This document shows positions 19,595-29,708 of a DNA stretch of 56,326 bases, one piece after another. Within the stretch, counting starts at the first letter, position 1. Each line of letters begins with the position of its first letter. The stretch covers positions 1-56,326 of IMG/VR virus record IMGVR_UViG_3300018083_000033. The stretch is one strand, 5' to 3'. Source of the stretch: a virus (taxonomy: Duplodnaviria; Caudoviricetes). The notes below the pieces were generated by a model, which searched no databases, was not told the origin of the DNA, and saw only the letters and a list, made by a program, of their open reading frames with translations. A program made the translations under genes and the position numbers.

Positions 19595-21105
19595 TGGCTG
19601 CCCCAACGAATATCTCCTTCGGCACCGCCATCGAGATCGATGCTGTCGGCGACTACACACAGCAAGTCGATGACAGCGGCACCACGTATACGGTGTTCGT
19701 GACGTTCATTGCGACGGGCACTGGCGAGATCGGCGCGTGGGCCTACGGTGGGGCGGTGGGGACTGGCTATCGGCCGTATCTGGAAGCCTACGATGCCGAT
19801 CAGGTGTTGATGGTCACCGGAGGCATCAACACGCCGATGCAGTTCTCGGTCATCGAGGGGTTGCGTTATTACCTGAAGGTCGTCAAGGACGGGAACCATT
19901 CACCGTCGAACCTTGCGCTGAATACCGTCTTCCTTGCCGCGGCGGCAGCGGCGCTGGTCGGGTCCATCCTCGTCAACCACGACGCCGCTGGGCACCCGAT
20001 GGCGATCGCGTCCTCGAGGACGGACTACGCCATTCTTGGCTATGTCAATCCGTTCCCGAACGGCGAAGGCGGGGACATCATCAAGTCAGGGCGATCGTTG
20101 TGGGAGGACTCGGCCAACGGCAACTTCGTTCTCTACAACCCAGACTTTGACCCGCTGACCACCGTCACGTTCACCTATGTGGGCGGCAATCCCACGGTGC
20201 GCGCGAACATCCTCACCAGCCTGTTCTATGTCATGAGCCCAGGCAGCGGCGGGACGCATGCGCGCGTCACGACGGTGCTGCCGGATGGCTCTCTCGGCGG
20301 TACGGTCTGGACGCTGACGGGGCACACAGGACAGACGGCCGGAGCGCCCTCCAACGACGGCACGATCTGGTACTACGGCACGGGAGGCCAGCCGATCCGC
20401 ACATGGGATCTCGTCAACGACACTTCCGGCTCTGATCTGGTCGCGCTCGATGGCACGCATGGCGTGCGTGACATCCTTGTGCTGGGCGATGACACCATCT
20501 TGGTGCTCTACATCGCGGGCGGGCCGTCCTCGTATCTGGTCAAGCGCTTCAGTCCATCGGGGACGCTGCTCAACACGTACGACCTCTCCGCGCAATACAA
20601 CGGGGACGATGGGCGCATCGCGCGGGCCTTAGACGATCCCACGTCCTTCTGGGCGTGGACATGGCTTCCCACGCCGAATGACGGGATCGCGCGGTTCATC
20701 AATGTGCGGGTAAGTGACGGGACCGAGATCGGCCACGTCGATCACTTGGACATGGAGAACGGCGCCTATCTGGCCGCGGAGAGCGCGACACCGCATGGCC
20801 GGTTCGGGATCTCTGAATCCTGTCCGTTTGTCATCTATCGGCGAGCCACCATCACGCAGGACTTCTCGATTCCCTGCTGTGCGGCGGCGTGTGACTGCCC
20901 ACCTGACCTGACGCCGGCGCCGGGTGTCCCGCCGACACAGGGCGGCAGTCCAAGTGTTGCCCCGCTGCCCTCTGCCACCGGCGAGATCCTGCCCACCGTC
21001 AGAACCACCACGCACGGATCGCTGGCGTGGGATGGCCTCTGTGCGGGTGGGGGTGATGTGCCGAGTGCGGCGGATGCGAGTGACGCGGAAAGCTGGATCT
21101 CGTGA
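19594..21105 (+). CDS. Putative tail tip/receptor-binding protein (beta-propeller-like)
   Basis: Tail module position; repeated beta/Gly-Asp motifs; Cys/Pro-rich C-terminus. Confidence 0.55.
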   Translation: MAAPTNISFGTAIEIDAVGDYTQQVDDSGTTYTVFVTFIATGTGEIGAWAYGGAVGTGYRPYLEAYDADQVLMVTGGINTPMQFSVIEGLRYYLKVVKDGNHSPSNLALNTVFLAAAAAALVGSILVNHDAAGHPMAIASSRTDYAILGYVNPFPNGEGGDIIKSGRSLWEDSANGNFVLYNPDFDPLTTVTFTYVGGNPTVRANILTSLFYVMSPGSGGTHARVTTVLPDGSLGGTVWTLTGHTGQTAGAPSNDGTIWYYGTGGQPIRTWDLVNDTSGSDLVALDGTHGVRDILVLGDDTILVLYIAGGPSSYLVKRFSPSGTLLNTYDLSAQYNGDDGRIARALDDPTSFWAWTWLPTPNDGIARFINVRVSDGTEIGHVDHLDMENGAYLAAESATPHGRFGISESCPFVIYRRATITQDFSIPCCAAACDCPPDLTPAPGVPPTQGGSPSVAPLPSATGEILPTVRTTTHGSLAWDGLCAGGGDVPSAADASDAESWIS

Positions 21106-23357
21106 CCGCGCCACTTCAGCCCAACATCCGCTTTACCCTCCGACTGGAGAAGGTGCCAGCCTCCGAAGGCACCACCGTCTATCGCTGGGCCACGAAACCC
21201 TTAGCCGATGCCGGGGCATGGGCGGAAGGGCGTTTGCTCTCTGTAGGGGCCATAGAGCGCTCCCTGAGCACGCCTGACGGGGATTACGACATCGCGACGT
21301 GCGATCTGATGTTCGAGGATCCCGATGGCCTGATCCGGGGACTCCTGGCAGGGCAAACCACCCGCTACTTCACCAGCCGTGAGGCCGCGGTGGAACTGCT
21401 GTCGGACACGGGCAGAACATCAGCCCTCGCGTGGCGCGCGCTGACCCGCGGGCGCGTGACGGATGCCCAAGCCGTGCTCGGGCGCAAGGCCAAGATCCGC
21501 ATCGCCGACGAAGTGGGCTCGCATTTCAGCGGCTTCGATCTCGACAAGACGCTTGGCGTCAGGATCACGCGAAGGGAACACCCGAACGCGAGCAGCGACA
21601 CGGTGAACCGCATTTACCCGATTGTGATCGGGGAGCACTCCGACATCGGCGCCACCGATGAGAACGGCAACGCGGCAGACAAGGGGCTCCTGCCGGTGAT
21701 CGATGTGGGCGATTACTTGCTCACCGATGACGGCGCTGATGCCCCGGCTGACGCGGAGCCGGCCTACCTGGCGGCTCCGGCCAATCTGCTCGCCACGGTC
21801 AACGGCACACCTGGTACCACGAGCTACACCTACGGTGTAACGGCGATCTCGCCCTACGGCGAAACCACCGCCACCATCGTGACGGTGACCAACGGGCCGG
21901 CCTCCTTGAACGGTACCGACAACATCACGTTGACGTGGGACGAGGATCCCGGCGCCATCGAGTTCCGGGTGTATGGCAGGACGGCTCCTGATGCCCCTGT
22001 GCGTCGATTGGCGGTGCTCAACAACGACGAGACGTGGGCGGACCCGGAAACCGAGTACGAGGACGACGGTAGCGATGCAGAGGCCGGCGGCGGGCCACCC
22101 TCGACCAATACCGCGCAAGTCGATCAGGTGCTCACCTCTGGGCAAGCGGCGTTTGGCTGGGCGCGGCTGATTACCAAGATCGGCGCCAACAGCGAAGTGC
22201 ATCACGTCTACGCCAGCGACCTCGCCACGGGCACGGCTCCTAAGCGGGTGCGGATGACCGAGGACGTGTACGGCTCGGAGTTCCTCGTCTACGGCCGCGC
22301 AGGCTGGCCGCATGACGACCCGTGGATCGAGATCAACGGGATCCGCATGGGCGTCATCTACGCACGAGGGCCACGGCTGAAGCATCACCGGGATCGGACG
22401 GTGACGATTACGTGGAACGGCTGCGGGGACGACGACATCGGCGACGGGACTGGGGACACCATCGACGAGGCGTTTCCTGCCTTGCAGCATGTCCTGAATG
22501 AATACGTGTTGAGGGATGAGGGCGCGGGCTACCTCACCGGAGACTTCGGGCCGCTCGAGGAATACAGCAACGGCGTGGCGAAGCTGAAGACGTCGGCATT
22601 CGCAGCCTGCCAAACGCTAACGGTCACATGGATCGGGGACCGCGGCTACCTCGCGGCCTTCGCGATTGTGGATGCCATCAGCCTGCGAGACTTTCTGCGG
22701 AAGTTCGCGGTCACCTTTGCGAGCTACCACGCCACCAATCATCACGGCCAGTACTACCCGGTGTTGATTGACGATACAGCCTCAGCCACCGCGGGGCGGA
22801 TCTACCGGGACAGCATCGAAGCCATCAAGGCGGTGTCCTCTGACATTGACCACGACGCGGTAGAAACCCGCGTGACGTATCACTTCGATTACAACACCGA
22901 GGCCCAGAAGTTCCGCAACACCGATCTGGTCATCGAGGACACCGTAGCATCCGACGCCCATAAGGGCGTGCGTGAGCGCGGCGTGCGGCAGTGCTTCTTC
23001 ACCCGAGACGAGGCCACCGCGATGGACAGCAACGCGCGGCACCTGGCCCGCTACAAAGTCGCGCCTCACAGGTTCGGTATTGAAACAGATCTGACTGGCC
23101 TTGAAGACGAACTCGGCGCGCAGATTCGGATCCAGCACTACGACGACCTGTTGGCGGGAGCCTCGGCGGTGCCGTATCTCGTGGTGAAACACAAGCCGAA
23201 TCTGACGGCACCTGAGACGGTGACGCTGACAGGGTTCGACCTGTCGCGCATCTTGGCGACGGGCTTTCCGCTCCTGGCTACGAAGGCTTCTGGGGCTGTG
23301 CTCTACGACAAAGACACCTTTGCGCCGCCACCAAGCGGTGCCTATGAGCTCAGATAA
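21102..23357 (+). CDS. Putative tail hub/tip protein with FN3-like insert
   Basis: YPIVIG hub-like motif; APANLLAT...YGVTAISPYGET...LTWDEDPGA.EFRVY Ig/FN3 pattern. Confidence 0.65.
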   Translation: MTAPLQPNIRFTLRLEKVPASEGTTVYRWATKPLADAGAWAEGRLLSVGAIERSLSTPDGDYDIATCDLMFEDPDGLIRGLLAGQTTRYFTSREAAVELLSDTGRTSALAWRALTRGRVTDAQAVLGRKAKIRIADEVGSHFSGFDLDKTLGVRITRREHPNASSDTVNRIYPIVIGEHSDIGATDENGNAADKGLLPVIDVGDYLLTDDGADAPADAEPAYLAAPANLLATVNGTPGTTSYTYGVTAISPYGETTATIVTVTNGPASLNGTDNITLTWDEDPGAIEFRVYGRTAPDAPVRRLAVLNNDETWADPETEYEDDGSDAEAGGGPPSTNTAQVDQVLTSGQAAFGWARLITKIGANSEVHHVYASDLATGTAPKRVRMTEDVYGSEFLVYGRAGWPHDDPWIEINGIRMGVIYARGPRLKHHRDRTVTITWNGCGDDDIGDGTGDTIDEAFPALQHVLNEYVLRDEGAGYLTGDFGPLEEYSNGVAKLKTSAFAACQTLTVTWIGDRGYLAAFAIVDAISLRDFLRKFAVTFASYHATNHHGQYYPVLIDDTASATAGRIYRDSIEAIKAVSSDIDHDAVETRVTYHFDYNTEAQKFRNTDLVIEDTVASDAHKGVRERGVRQCFFTRDEATAMDSNARHLARYKVAPHRFGIETDLTGLEDELGAQIRIQHYDDLLAGASAVPYLVVKHKPNLTAPETVTLTGFDLSRILATGFPLLATKASGAVLYDKDTFAPPPSGAYELR

Positions 23358-23851
23358 TGAGTGCATCCCGCACATTCACGCCGCTCGGCGGCACTACGGC
23401 GAGCACGGCCTACACCAACGGCACGCGCTGGGGCTATCAGGACGCCGAGGAAGTTCGGCAGTCCATCGACATCGCCATGTATCTGCCCGTGCTTCCGCTG
23501 GGCGGATCGGAAGGGTCTGGCAAGGTCACCGGGGCGGCGACGTGGGCACCAGTGGCGTCCTACCTGCCGCACACCATCAACGGCGACAGCCTCGGCGGGC
23601 TGACCGTGGAGCTCGTGGCGTGCTACCTGACGGAGAACGCCTCGCAGGCGGTGCAGGTCCGCTTGCGGAATGTCACGGACAGCACGACGGCCGGCACCGG
23701 CACGAGTAGCACATCGACCACGCCGGTTGAGGAAGTCATCAGCGTGACGCTGGCGAGCGGATCGAAACAGTACCGACTGGAGATGACCGGCGGGGCCACC
23801 TATGCCGTGGCCGCGTGGGGGTACCTCCGCATAAGGTCCACACCCGTATGA
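23357..23851 (+). CDS. Putative minor tail protein
   Basis: Coupled ORF; Thr/Ser/Gly-rich. Confidence 0.5.
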   Translation: MSASRTFTPLGGTTASTAYTNGTRWGYQDAEEVRQSIDIAMYLPVLPLGGSEGSGKVTGAATWAPVASYLPHTINGDSLGGLTVELVACYLTENASQAVQVRLRNVTDSTTAGTGTSSTSTTPVEEVISVTLASGSKQYRLEMTGGATYAVAAWGYLRIRSTPV

Positions 23852-24375
23852 GTTTGAGAGCACTCGTTACCGACATGCTCGGCGGCGGCGTCTATCTGCA
23901 AAAGTCCGTCACGACACTGACCGACGCGCAGATCAAGGCGCTGCCCACGACACCGATCACGCTGATCGCTGCGCCAGGGGCGGGCTATCGGATCAAGGTT
24001 ATTGGAGCCTCGTATCACGCCACCACGAGCGCTGGCGCCTACACCAACATCGATGCGACCTATTGCGCGATGGCGCTGTATTGGCTGGGCGACTTCACGC
24101 AGTGGGCCACCGTTGGAGTTGTGGATGATTCCGGCGCCACGCTGACGCGCTTCACCGCATTGCTCGGTGTCGCCAGCACGCTGACGGCGGATCTCACGCC
24201 CTACTTAGACGTGTTCAGCGGCGGATGGGCGGTGCCAAACGTCGTCAGTCTGAGTTCGTCTGAGAACAAGGCGCTGGCGGTGGCGATCGACAACGACGGT
24301 ACCGGAGCACTAACGGGCGGGAACGCTGCCAACACATTGAAGGTGACGGTCGAATACGTCATCGAGGCGGTCTGA
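23848..24375 (+). CDS. Putative virion protein
   Basis: ATGA-coupled; LTDAQIKALPTTPITLIAAPGAG motif. Confidence 0.55.
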   Translation: MSLRALVTDMLGGGVYLQKSVTTLTDAQIKALPTTPITLIAAPGAGYRIKVIGASYHATTSAGAYTNIDATYCAMALYWLGDFTQWATVGVVDDSGATLTRFTALLGVASTLTADLTPYLDVFSGGWAVPNVVSLSSSENKALAVAIDNDGTGALTGGNAANTLKVTVEYVIEAV

Positions 24376-24385
24376 TGGTGTGGGC

Positions 24386-24523
24386 GTGAACGTTCCTATT
24401 ACGTCGGACTTAGGGTCTTACCTCCACTTTTGGTTCCGCGTGGTGGTGGCGCTCGGGGCGGGTTTGGCGATCTGGGGACTAGCAGTGATTGCGTTGCTCG
24501 TGCTGATTCTTCGGAAGCTGTAG
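24386..24523 (+). CDS. Small single-TM membrane protein (45 aa)
   Basis: Hand translation MNVPITSDLGSYLHFWFRVVVALGAGLAIWGLAVIALLVLILRKL; below the ORF-track cutoff. Confidence 0.5.
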   Translation: MNVPITSDLGSYLHFWFRVVVALGAGLAIWGLAVIALLVLILRKL

Positions 24524-24531
24524 GGGATTCG

Positions 24532-24789
24532 ATGGCGCAGGGCGTAGCAGGACTCAACGGCAAAACCGGGGAATGGTTCCGCGCCATTGGCGGGATTGTG
24601 ATTGCGGCGATGGTGGCCTACTTCACGACGATTGCGAGCATTCAGAAGGAGAGCGCCGCGCAGCAGGAGCGCGAGGCCAATCATTTTCAGGAAGTGCTGC
24701 GGCGGCTGGACACCATGAGCCAGGACATCAGGGAACTGAGGCAGGCAACGGGGAACAAGAACTTCTATCAGTCGCAAGTCCAGCCGTGA
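24532..24789 (+). CDS. Membrane protein, TM plus coiled coil (holin/lysis-like)
   Basis: Hydrophobic IGGIVIAAMVAYF then heptad region; follows the tail genes. Confidence 0.55.
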   Translation: MAQGVAGLNGKTGEWFRAIGGIVIAAMVAYFTTIASIQKESAAQQEREANHFQEVLRRLDTMSQDIRELRQATGNKNFYQSQVQP

Positions 24790-25001
24790 CGTTTCAGGAG
24801 CTCTTCGGCGCGATCCGCATGGAGCAGCCGCGGTGTGATCGGTGCCGCTGGTGGTGGAGAGATGCGAAGGGCCAACCGGCGTATTCAGAAAACCGCAGCC
24901 AGTGTACCGAAGAGGGTGTCGGAGGCATGGCGTGCGACAGCGAGGCATCGCTCACGACAGCCGGGGATTTCGGGTGCGTGCGTTTCGAGCCGAGGGAGTG
25001 A
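24786..25001 (+). CDS. Small Cys-rich hypothetical protein
   Basis: CDRCRWW...C...DFGCVRF pattern; GTGA coupling. Confidence 0.55.
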   Translation: MTFQELFGAIRMEQPRCDRCRWWWRDAKGQPAYSENRSQCTEEGVGGMACDSEASLTTAGDFGCVRFEPRE

Positions 25002-25002
25002 C

Positions 25003-25251
25003 ATGGGCCGACAGCGCCAGCGCAAGTTGGAACTCCCGCGATGGTGCCTCGTGGTGGATGACATCCACGATCTGAATTGCCTGCCGCGGTGTGTGCCCAT
25101 CGGCTACGCGGAACACGCGCGGAGGCGGAACACCTTGGTGGCGGTGGAAGACGCAGAACTCACAGGACTGACGACCTACTTTGAACCGTACATGAAACCT
25201 CGGAGCGAACCGGATCGCGATGAGGAAGACACGGAGGACGACATAGCATGA
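25003..25251 (+). CDS. Hypothetical protein
   Basis: GGAG RBS; coupled to the next gene. Confidence 0.45.
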   Translation: MGRQRQRKLELPRWCLVVDDIHDLNCLPRCVPIGYAEHARRRNTLVAVEDAELTGLTTYFEPYMKPRSEPDRDEEDTEDDIA

Positions 25252-25436
25252 GTAACTGGCTGAAGAAACTGAGCATGATTGGCGGCGTGGCGGTGGCGAT
25301 TGCAGGACAGGCGCAGGCGTTGCCCTTGCCGCCAAAGGCGCAGCCGTGGGTGGGCGCGATTGCGGGGATTGGGGCCGTGCTCGCGGGCCTGTATCACCCG
25401 GCACCGGCCGCGGCGACCGACCAGCCGCAGCCATGA
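25248..25436 (+). CDS. Small two-TM holin-like protein
   Basis: Two hydrophobic segments; GGAGG RBS. Confidence 0.5.
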   Translation: MSNWLKKLSMIGGVAVAIAGQAQALPLPPKAQPWVGAIAGIGAVLAGLYHPAPAAATDQPQP

Positions 25437-25612
25437 CCTGGCTGCATTGGGTCTACGCCATGCGCACGCTGTTCCTCGATTACCTGCCGGGGATCTGTGT
25501 CGGTGTTGTCTGCGGCTTCCTGGCTGGCATGGCCTTCGGGGCCAAGATGGAACGGCGCAACAGACCGCGGCTGATGGGGCGGTTCACGCACAACGGCTGG
25601 TATCCCGAATAG
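25433..25612 (+). CDS. Small membrane protein
   Basis: One TM segment followed by a basic tail; ATGA coupling. Confidence 0.45.
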   Translation: MTWLHWVYAMRTLFLDYLPGICVGVVCGFLAGMAFGAKMERRNRPRLMGRFTHNGWYPE

Positions 25613-25647
25613 CGCAACGGTAACGCAAGTCAACGTAACGGGAGCGT

Positions 25648-26511
25648 ATGGCGAAGTCGAAGCCGCGGAACCTTGTCGTCTTTTCTGATACTCACTCGGG
25701 TTGTCGATTCGGCCTGCTCGCGAAGGAAGGCATCCAAGTTGACGGCGGCGGGCGCTATCTGCCCTCTGAATTTCAACTCCAGATGTGGAAGCTGTGGCGC
25801 GAGTTCTGGGATGAGTGGGTGCCTGAAGTCACCCGCGGTGAACCCTACGATCTCGTCCACAACGGCGATGCCATAGACGGCGTGCATCATCGGTCCACGA
25901 CGCAGATCAGTCACAACCTCGAGGACCAGCAGCGCATCGCCGAAGCGGTGCTCGCGCCCGTCGTGGCGCAGTGCAAGGCCACTGGCGGCACCTACTACCA
26001 CATCCGCGGAACCGAGGCGCACGTTGGGCAGTCTGGCGAGTATGAGGAACGGCTGGCCCGCACGCTAGGCGCCAAGCCAAACGACGAGGGGCAGTATGCG
26101 CGGTTCGACCTGTGGAAGCGCGTAGGCACGGCCACCAAGCGCGTGCGCGCGCCGCTCGTCCATCTGCTCCATCACATCGGCACGACATCGAGCGCAGCAC
26201 ATGAGGCCTCGGCGGTCAATGCCGAGATGACAGCCTCGTATGTCGAAGCCGCCCGCTGGGGTCGTGAGCCTCCAGACTTCATCGTCCGCAGTCATCGGCA
26301 CCGCAGCATCGCGGTCGATCTGAGCTCTGCCAAGGGTTACGCCGCCGCGATTGTGACGCCAGCCTGGCAGGGCAAGACGCCGTATGTGTGGAAGATTCCC
26401 GGTGCTCGCGTCAGTGAGCCTCAGTTTGGCGGGATCTGTATCAGGCAAGGGGATGAGGAGTTCTTCTACCGCCGCAAGGTGTGGTCTATCGACCGGAGCA
26501 AAGAAGAATGA
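25648..26511 (+). CDS. Calcineurin-like metallophosphoesterase
   Basis: SDTH, NGDAIDG, GTEAH, HH and SHRH metal-binding motifs. Confidence 0.85.
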   Translation: MAKSKPRNLVVFSDTHSGCRFGLLAKEGIQVDGGGRYLPSEFQLQMWKLWREFWDEWVPEVTRGEPYDLVHNGDAIDGVHHRSTTQISHNLEDQQRIAEAVLAPVVAQCKATGGTYYHIRGTEAHVGQSGEYEERLARTLGAKPNDEGQYARFDLWKRVGTATKRVRAPLVHLLHHIGTTSSAAHEASAVNAEMTASYVEAARWGREPPDFIVRSHRHRSIAVDLSSAKGYAAAIVTPAWQGKTPYVWKIPGARVSEPQFGGICIRQGDEEFFYRRKVWSIDRSKEE

Positions 26512-26774
26512 GCGGCATCGATCGGGACGTGTGGCTCAAGGCGCTGGCGACGGCAGGCATCGACGACGGCGAAGACGATCAGGGCGCTGTGACCGTGCTC
26601 GAGTTCGCTGAGGCGATGAGCATGAATCGCTACACGGCTGGGCGGAAGTTGGAATCGCTCGTCGAGAAGGGCTGCGCGACCCGGACAAAGAAGTGGTATC
26701 GCACCAGCTACGGCCGGCGGTTACACATGACAGCCTATCGGCTGACGGAGCCTGCGCGGAAGGCCAAGCGGTGA
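26508..26774 (+). CDS. Putative winged-helix DNA-binding protein
   Basis: TVLEFAEAMSMNRYTAGRKLESLVEKG. Confidence 0.55.
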   Translation: MSGIDRDVWLKALATAGIDDGEDDQGAVTVLEFAEAMSMNRYTAGRKLESLVEKGCATRTKKWYRTSYGRRLHMTAYRLTEPARKAKR

Positions 26775-27097
26775 GCCGCTTCGATCTTGAGGACTTGCTC
26801 GATGAGATGGCCCGCGGGCGCATCTGGGAATGCACCCTCCACGATCCGCGCTGGCAGTTGGACGGCTTGCAGGACGGCGAGAACATCTACATCGACCCGC
26901 GGCCGGCAGTGCTCGAGACGGTGGTCCACGAACTGCTCCACAGGCGATTCCCGAGACTCGGCGAGCGGCTGGTCACCAAAGAGGCGCGCAAGTTAGTCGG
27001 CGGGATGAGTGAGGCGCAAAAGGCACAATGGTGGCGCGCCTACTCGCGCATCAAACGCAAGGGCCGGCCAGTCAGGACGGCGGAAGATGTGGATTGA
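26771..27097 (+). CDS. HExxH (zincin-like) protein
   Basis: IYIDPR...LETVVHELLH. Confidence 0.6.
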   Translation: MSRFDLEDLLDEMARGRIWECTLHDPRWQLDGLQDGENIYIDPRPAVLETVVHELLHRRFPRLGERLVTKEARKLVGGMSEAQKAQWWRAYSRIKRKGRPVRTAEDVD

Positions 27098-27349
27098 GCG
27101 CGCGATCCTCGGCCTGCTTGTCGAGGTCTATTTATTCTTCGCGATGGTCTGGTATGTCTGCAAATGCTATGAGCGCGACGATCGGTAGCTACGACGATCG
27201 GCAGGTGAACGCCGTGCTGAAGGTGTGCGTGGCGTGCAACCTGCCGTACTACTTTGGCGATCCACAGCGCACGGTGTGCGTGTCGTGTCGCTTTCCTATA
27301 GGGATGCCGTGGCGTGGGTGCCTCGCCTACAACCAACCGGGAGAACCGC

Positions 27350-27673
27350 TTGACGTCAGCACTGATTGAGGCCAGAAGCAAGACCCACGGGAAGTTTGAG
27401 AACAACGCTCGCATCGCGCAATTTCTGCGGGCCTACTGGCGATCCCATCCGACGTGGGAGGACATGCCAGAGCAGCAGCGGGAAGCGCTCGACCAGATGG
27501 CCGGGAAGTTCTCGCGCATCTTCTCAGGGCAGGCGTCCTACGACGATCATTGGGCCGATTTGGCTGGCTATTCCGAGCTCGCGCGGGCGGCGTGCATGCT
27601 GCCGCCGATCGTGTCGCTGCCAGCCGGATTCATGGACGCCGCCGGAAACTGGAATAACAGATCGGATTCGTAA
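27350..27673 (+). CDS. DUF6378-like protein
   Basis: R..THG.F...EALDQMAGKFSRI..G....DHWADLAGY. Confidence 0.75.
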   Translation: MTSALIEARSKTHGKFENNARIAQFLRAYWRSHPTWEDMPEQQREALDQMAGKFSRIFSGQASYDDHWADLAGYSELARAACMLPPIVSLPAGFMDAAGNWNNRSDS

Positions 27674-29406
27674 TGCGAACACTGATAGCCGTCTTCCTGC
27701 TCTGGGCCTCGCCCGCCCTCGCCGCCACCTACACCGTAGGGCCGACTGATAACCTGCAAGCGGTCATCACCGCGGCACAGTGCGGGGACACCATCACCGT
27801 CAGCGCTGGCACCTATGCGGGCCCAATAACTCGGAGCGGCCGGTGTCCAGGGCCGGCCTACCTGACCATCCAGGCCGCGAGCTGTCCGCATAGCGGGCGC
27901 CCAGCATCAGGCAGCACGGCTGGGATGCCGGTGATTGCGTCCTCGCAGAGTGGCGATCTCTTCAAGGTGCTCATGAGCACGGATTACGTCCGTGTCGTCT
28001 GCCTTGCCTTCATCAACTCAGCGCCATTGCAGGACGCCGCGATCCGCATAGGTTCGGGCGGGCCAGACCAAGACACCGACGCGAAGATCCCGACACATAT
28101 TCAGTTCAATCGGATCGTCGTTGACAACGCTCTGGGCGCGCAGTTGGTGCATGCCATCAGCGGCAACGGGAACTTTATCGAAGTCACGGACTCGTGGATC
28201 GACAACGTGCATGCCGACCAGGACGCGCAGTGCTTCGTGTCGTTCAATGCGCGCGGGCCGATCTTGCTCGACAACAACTATTGCCGCGCTACTGGCGAAA
28301 ACTACCTCCTTGGCGGCGCGCGGGCCTATGTGCCGGGAGCCATCCCATCGAACGTCACGATCACGAACAATCTGCTCGAGAAGGACCGCGCCTGCGAATC
28401 GAACTCGTGGACCTGCAAAAACATCTTCGAGATCAAGGCGGGCCAGGATGTGGTGTTCCGCGGCAACATTCTCCGGCACTCCTACGTAGACGGGCAGATC
28501 GGGCAAGCGATCCTGCTGACGCCTCGAGGCTGGGCCGATCCGGCGGCGTGGACCCATATTACAAGGGTTGTCATCGAGCGGAACATCATCACCGATGTCT
28601 GCAATGGGCTGGCAATCACAGGCGAAACGGACGGGGAAGGCGGCGACGTCACCCTAAAGGACTCCGGCGATTGGACGTTCCAAGACAACCTGATTGTGCT
28701 CAACAATGCCGCGGTCGGGAACTGCGCCGGCAGCGGCGGGAAGTTCATCCAAGCCAGTCTCAGCCCTGACCATGTGACGATCCAGCGCAATACCATCATC
28801 AGCTTGGGATCGCCGTACTACATGACATATGGCGGGCAGGCTGGGGGTGTAAAGTCGAATGGGTTTGTCTTCGCTGACAACGTGATGGCCTATGGCAGCG
28901 CCCCGTTTGTGAGTGATGGCGGCGGCGGCACGATTGGCCTCAATTTCGAGTTCGGCACAACCTGGCAGTGGACGGGGAACTGCATCGGCGGACCCGCCCA
29001 AAACGGCGAGCCGACCGGCAACGGGAACGTGTACCTGGCTGATGCTCCGACGTTCAAGGCGCTGTTTAACGATTGGGCGGCTGGGGACTACAGACTGAAG
29101 CCTGGGGGCGCCTGCGCGGGCAAGGGGGTGGACTTCTCCAAGCTGCCCACGCTACCATCAGACGTGGGCACGTCTACCGTGCCGCCCCCAGTGGTGACGC
29201 CGCCCGCGCCGCCCTCAGTCCCGACCTTGTGTGAGGTGACGCCGCTTAAGGTGTCGGTGAGTCGCTGGCCCACCGGGCAGACCGGGAACAAGTCAGGGGA
29301 CTGGAACTCTGGCAGCTTCGCCATCGTCTCGGCCAGCTTTAAGTGGGCGCCGCTCAGGTTTGAGGGGGTGGATTCTCGGGGGTGTGCGGTGACGGTGACG
29401 CGCTAG
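27673..29406 (+). CDS. Secreted right-handed parallel beta-helix protein (pectin lyase-like)
   Basis: Signal peptide ending ALA, LQAVITAAQCGDTITVSAGTY, repeated V.I..N strands, GDYRLKPG, Pro-rich linker. Confidence 0.8.
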   Translation: MRTLIAVFLLWASPALAATYTVGPTDNLQAVITAAQCGDTITVSAGTYAGPITRSGRCPGPAYLTIQAASCPHSGRPASGSTAGMPVIASSQSGDLFKVLMSTDYVRVVCLAFINSAPLQDAAIRIGSGGPDQDTDAKIPTHIQFNRIVVDNALGAQLVHAISGNGNFIEVTDSWIDNVHADQDAQCFVSFNARGPILLDNNYCRATGENYLLGGARAYVPGAIPSNVTITNNLLEKDRACESNSWTCKNIFEIKAGQDVVFRGNILRHSYVDGQIGQAILLTPRGWADPAAWTHITRVVIERNIITDVCNGLAITGETDGEGGDVTLKDSGDWTFQDNLIVLNNAAVGNCAGSGGKFIQASLSPDHVTIQRNTIISLGSPYYMTYGGQAGGVKSNGFVFADNVMAYGSAPFVSDGGGGTIGLNFEFGTTWQWTGNCIGGPAQNGEPTGNGNVYLADAPTFKALFNDWAAGDYRLKPGGACAGKGVDFSKLPTLPSDVGTSTVPPPVVTPPAPPSVPTLCEVTPLKVSVSRWPTGQTGNKSGDWNSGSFAIVSASFKWAPLRFEGVDSRGCAVTVTR

Positions 29407-29545
29407 TGTGCATGCGATCTAGTTCGGCGCACTCGATTGCGGCCTTGATGCGCGGGATGCGGTATTCGTAAATTGCCCGCATGCGATCCGTAAACTCCTG
29501 AAGCTGCCGCCGAAACAGCGCGTCGAGTTCGGGTGTCTCACTCAT
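29354..29545 (-). CDS. Hypothetical protein
   Basis: Last gene of a coupled leftward series. Confidence 0.45.
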   Translation of the reverse strand: MSETPELDALFRRQLQEFTDRMRAIYEYRIPRIKAAIECAELDRMHTSASPSPHTPENPPPQT

Positions 29546-29708
29546 CGGTCAGGACCACTTGTGGAATGGCGTCGATGATGGCGATGAGGACTTCGGCGAG
29601 CTGTTCCGGCGTGTCAATCTGACTGAGCGCCCAGCTTCGATCACCATTCGCGATGCGCTCCAGTCGGGCGCGCAGTTCGTCCAGCGGCAATCGGGCAGGC
29701 TCACTCAT
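29538..29708 (-). CDS. Hypothetical protein (56 aa)
   Basis: Hand translation MSEPARLPLDELRARLERIANG...VLTDE; ATGAGTGA overlaps on both sides. Confidence 0.55.
   Translation of the reverse strand: MSEPARLPLDELRARLERIANGDRSWALSQIDTPEQLAEVLIAIIDAIPQVVLTDE

Noticed and set aside
29590-29655. Possible extra copy of the dispersed repeat (reverse complement TCGCGAATGG)
   Set aside because: Only the first box matches; GCTACCGCG and the upstream AAAGA are missing, and it lies mid-ORF
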